A stretch of DNA of 64,000 bases, taken from NCBI GenBank assembly GCA_963664435.2, contig CAXXKM010000003.1, forward strand, positions 224,001 through 288,000, read 5' to 3'. A program made the translations under genes and the position numbers. Every line of letters begins with the position of its first letter. The first letter of the stretch is position 1. The DNA comes from Longimicrobiales bacterium (GTDB lineage: Bacteria; Gemmatimonadota; Gemmatimonadetes; Longimicrobiales; Gaopeijiaceae). Of the stretch, positions 61,789 to 64,000 are shown one piece after another. The notes beneath the pieces were generated by a model. The model searched no databases. It was given only the letters and a program-made list of their open reading frames with translations, and was not told the origin of the DNA.

Positions 61789-62940
61789 ATGAAGAAGATT
61801 CTTGTGGTGGACGACGAGCCGGATCTCGAGCTTCTGCTCAGGCAGAAGTTCCGGCGCAAGGTGCGCCGGCGCGAGATCGAGCTCGTGTTCGCCAGCAACG
61901 GTGTCGAAGCGCTGGACAAGCTGAACCAGCAGGAAGACATCGACATGGTGCTGTCGGACATCAACATGCCGGAGATGGACGGGCTGACGCTTCTCAGCCA
62001 GATCAACTCCCTGGACCTGGACCTGCGCGCGGTGATCGTTACCGCGTACGGCGACATGGAGAACATCCGCACCGCCATGAATCGCGGCGCGTTCGACTTT
62101 CTCACCAAGCCGATCAACTTCGACGATCTCGAAACCACGATCGACAAAACGATCCGGCACCTGCAGGTGATGCGTGACGCCCTGCGGTCTCGCGACGAGC
62201 TGGTCGCCCTGCGCCAGGAGCTCGGGGTGGCGGCGCAGATGCAGGACTCGATTCTGCCCAAGGTCTTCCCGGAGCATCCCCGGTACGGCCTGTACGCATG
62301 GATGACCCCGGCCAAGGAAGTGGGCGGTGACTTCTACGACTTCTTCCCGGTGGAGGACGGCGGGTTTGCCGTGGTGGTCGCGGACGTCTCCGGCAAGGGG
62401 GTGCCGGCCGCGCTGTTCATGATGGTGAGTCGGACCCTGGTGAAGGGATCCGCCCTTGGCGAACGTGAGCCTGTAAAGTGTATAACCGAGGTCAACCAGC
62501 TACTCTACGAACAGAACAAGGAATCGATGTTCGTAACCATGTTCTACGCGGTGCTCGATCCGACATCGGGGCTTCTGCAATACGTGAACGGAGGCCACAA
62601 CCTCCCCTGTCTGGTCAAGCCGTCGGGCGAGGTGACCTGGCTGCCGGGGGACAGCGGCATCGTCCTCGGCGTGATCGACGAGTTTCCCTATCAGCAACAC
62701 TCGATGCAACTGGAGGAGGGCGACGTCGTCTTCTTCTACACGGACGGCGTGACCGAAGCGATGGACGAGGCTGGAAACCAGTTCGGGGACGACACGCTGC
62801 TGGACGTCCTGAGGAACGCGGCCGGCACCAACCCCGAGGACATGACGCGCCGGGTGGTCGATGCCGTGCACGAGCACGCGGGCGGCGCGCCCCAATCCGA
62901 CGACCTGACCTGCCTGGCGCTCCGATACGGAGGGGACTGA
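61789..62940 (+). CDS. Response regulator receiver fused to SpoIIE/PP2C Ser phosphatase (RsbU/RsbP-like)
   Basis: ILVVDD, SDINMP, FLTKP; GGDFYD, ADVSGKG, YTDGVTE, DDLT; GGAGG RBS. Confidence 0.93.
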   Translation: MKKILVVDDEPDLELLLRQKFRRKVRRREIELVFASNGVEALDKLNQQEDIDMVLSDINMPEMDGLTLLSQINSLDLDLRAVIVTAYGDMENIRTAMNRGAFDFLTKPINFDDLETTIDKTIRHLQVMRDALRSRDELVALRQELGVAAQMQDSILPKVFPEHPRYGLYAWMTPAKEVGGDFYDFFPVEDGGFAVVVADVSGKGVPAALFMMVSRTLVKGSALGEREPVKCITEVNQLLYEQNKESMFVTMFYAVLDPTSGLLQYVNGGHNLPCLVKPSGEVTWLPGDSGIVLGVIDEFPYQQHSMQLEEGDVVFFYTDGVTEAMDEAGNQFGDDTLLDVLRNAAGTNPEDMTRRVVDAVHEHAGGAPQSDDLTCLALRYGGD

Positions 62941-64000
62941 TGGGACGCGGGACAGGGTTCCGGGGAGGGAAACCGGCGACCCATGCCCGGGAGCCTCGCT
63001 ACGCCGCGTTCGGAGTATTCCTGGCCATCGCGGTCTGCCTCCTCCCGGCCTCGCCGCTGCCAGCTCAATCCGAAGCGGAGGGCGTCTTTCCGGACTCGAT
63101 CGTGTTCGGACAGTCGGCCGCCTTCACGGGCCCCACGAGCGAACTCGGATCGAACATGAGGCTCGGGATACTCGCCGCGTTCGAGGAAGCCAACCGGCAG
63201 GGCGGGGTTCGGGGCCGGATGTTGCGGCTTCATTCGCGTGACGACGGATACGAGCCCGAAGCCGCTTCCGACAACACGCACGCGCTCATCGCCGAGGGAG
63301 TGTTCGGACTGGTGGGCGCGGTCGGGACTCCCACCTCCACCGCGGCGGAACCGGTCGCGACCGCCGGGGGCGTACCCTACATCGGGCCGTTTACGGGAGC
63401 GGAATTCCTGCGGGAGCGGCACGACTTCGTGGTCAACCTGCGCGCGTCCTATTTCCAGGAAACCGAGGAGATGGTCGAGCGCCTCACCACGGACCTGGGC
63501 TATACGCGCTTTGCGGTCCTGTACCAGGACGACAACTACGGCAACGCCGGGCTGACCGGCGTGCGCCGTGCGCTGGGAAGACGCGACATGGTGCTGGTCG
63601 CCGAGGGCGCATACGTCCGCAACACCACCGCCGTGAAACGGGCTCTGCTCGACATCCGGGAGGGCAACCCCCAGGCGGTGATCATCATCGGCGCCTATCA
63701 GCCCGCGGCCACGTTCATCAGGTGGGCGCGCCGCATCGGCGTGAACGCCATCTTCGTGAACATCTCGTTCGTGGGCAGCAACGCGCTGCTGAACGAGCTG
63801 GGGACGGCGGGCGAGGGTGTCGTGGTCACGCAGGTGGTCCCCTTCCCCCAGGACACATCCGTTCCCGTCGTGGCCCGCTACCACGAGGCCCTGGAAGTGG
63901 TGGACCCGGATGCGAGCCCCGGCTTCGTCTCGCTCGAGGGCTACCTGGCGGGGCTTCTGATCGTCGAGGGACTGGACAGGACCGGCTCCGAACCGACCCG
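62940..64000 (+). CDS. Type I periplasmic (LivJ-like) ligand-binding protein, truncated by window end
   Basis: My translation from ATG 62940: signal peptide, then GVFPDSIVFGQSAAFTGP, ANRQGGVRGR, DDGYEP, VGTPTS, YQDDNYG; open to the window end and absent from the ORF track. Confidence 0.85.
   Translation, partial: MGRGTGFRGGKPATHAREPRYAAFGVFLAIAVCLLPASPLPAQSEAEGVFPDSIVFGQSAAFTGPTSELGSNMRLGILAAFEEANRQGGVRGRMLRLHSRDDGYEPEAASDNTHALIAEGVFGLVGAVGTPTSTAAEPVATAGGVPYIGPFTGAEFLRERHDFVVNLRASYFQETEEMVERLTTDLGYTRFAVLYQDDNYGNAGLTGVRRALGRRDMVLVAEGAYVRNTTAVKRALLDIREGNPQAVIIIGAYQPAATFIRWARRIGVNAIFVNISFVGSNALLNELGTAGEGVVVTQVVPFPQDTSVPVVARYHEALEVVDPDASPGFVSLEGYLAGLLIVEGLDRTGSEPT

Overview
High-GC bacterial core-genome segment, mostly encoded on the - strand. 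The gene order (rplM-rpsI-rpsB-tsf-pyrH-frr-uppS-cdsA-dxr-rseP; alternative GlmU-like NTP transferase; Asp-type MurA; archaeal/eukaryote-type ProRS) suggests the FCB superphylum, most plausibly Gemmatimonadota (inference). The window holds the 5' part of clpB (with a 1-nt frameshift), an OPT transporter, guaA-lysA-proS, hisS-folC-accD, the mreBCD-mrdA-rodA elongasome, ald, an M16 peptidase, pnp-rpsO, a nusA-infB-rbfA-truB-ribF operon lacking rimP, murA, gatCAB, uvrD/pcrA, serS, sugar-nucleotide genes, the translation/envelope superoperon, lepB, an NtrC-family regulator and thpR. At the right end are a eukaryote-type formate-THF ligase with a porin, and a partner-switching module (STAS, RsbW-like kinase, REC-PP2C) with no sigma factor in the window, abutting a periplasmic binding protein that runs off the end. 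I saw no tRNA, rRNA, CRISPR array or mobile element. The most notable observations are a tandem palindromic operator upstream of clpB that is not CIRCE, loss of rimP with its leader hairpin retained, the eukaryote-type FTHFS, the partner-switch/PBP module, and short synonymous AT-rich patches inside GC-rich genes. Product calls come from motif recognition by eye; no database search was run.
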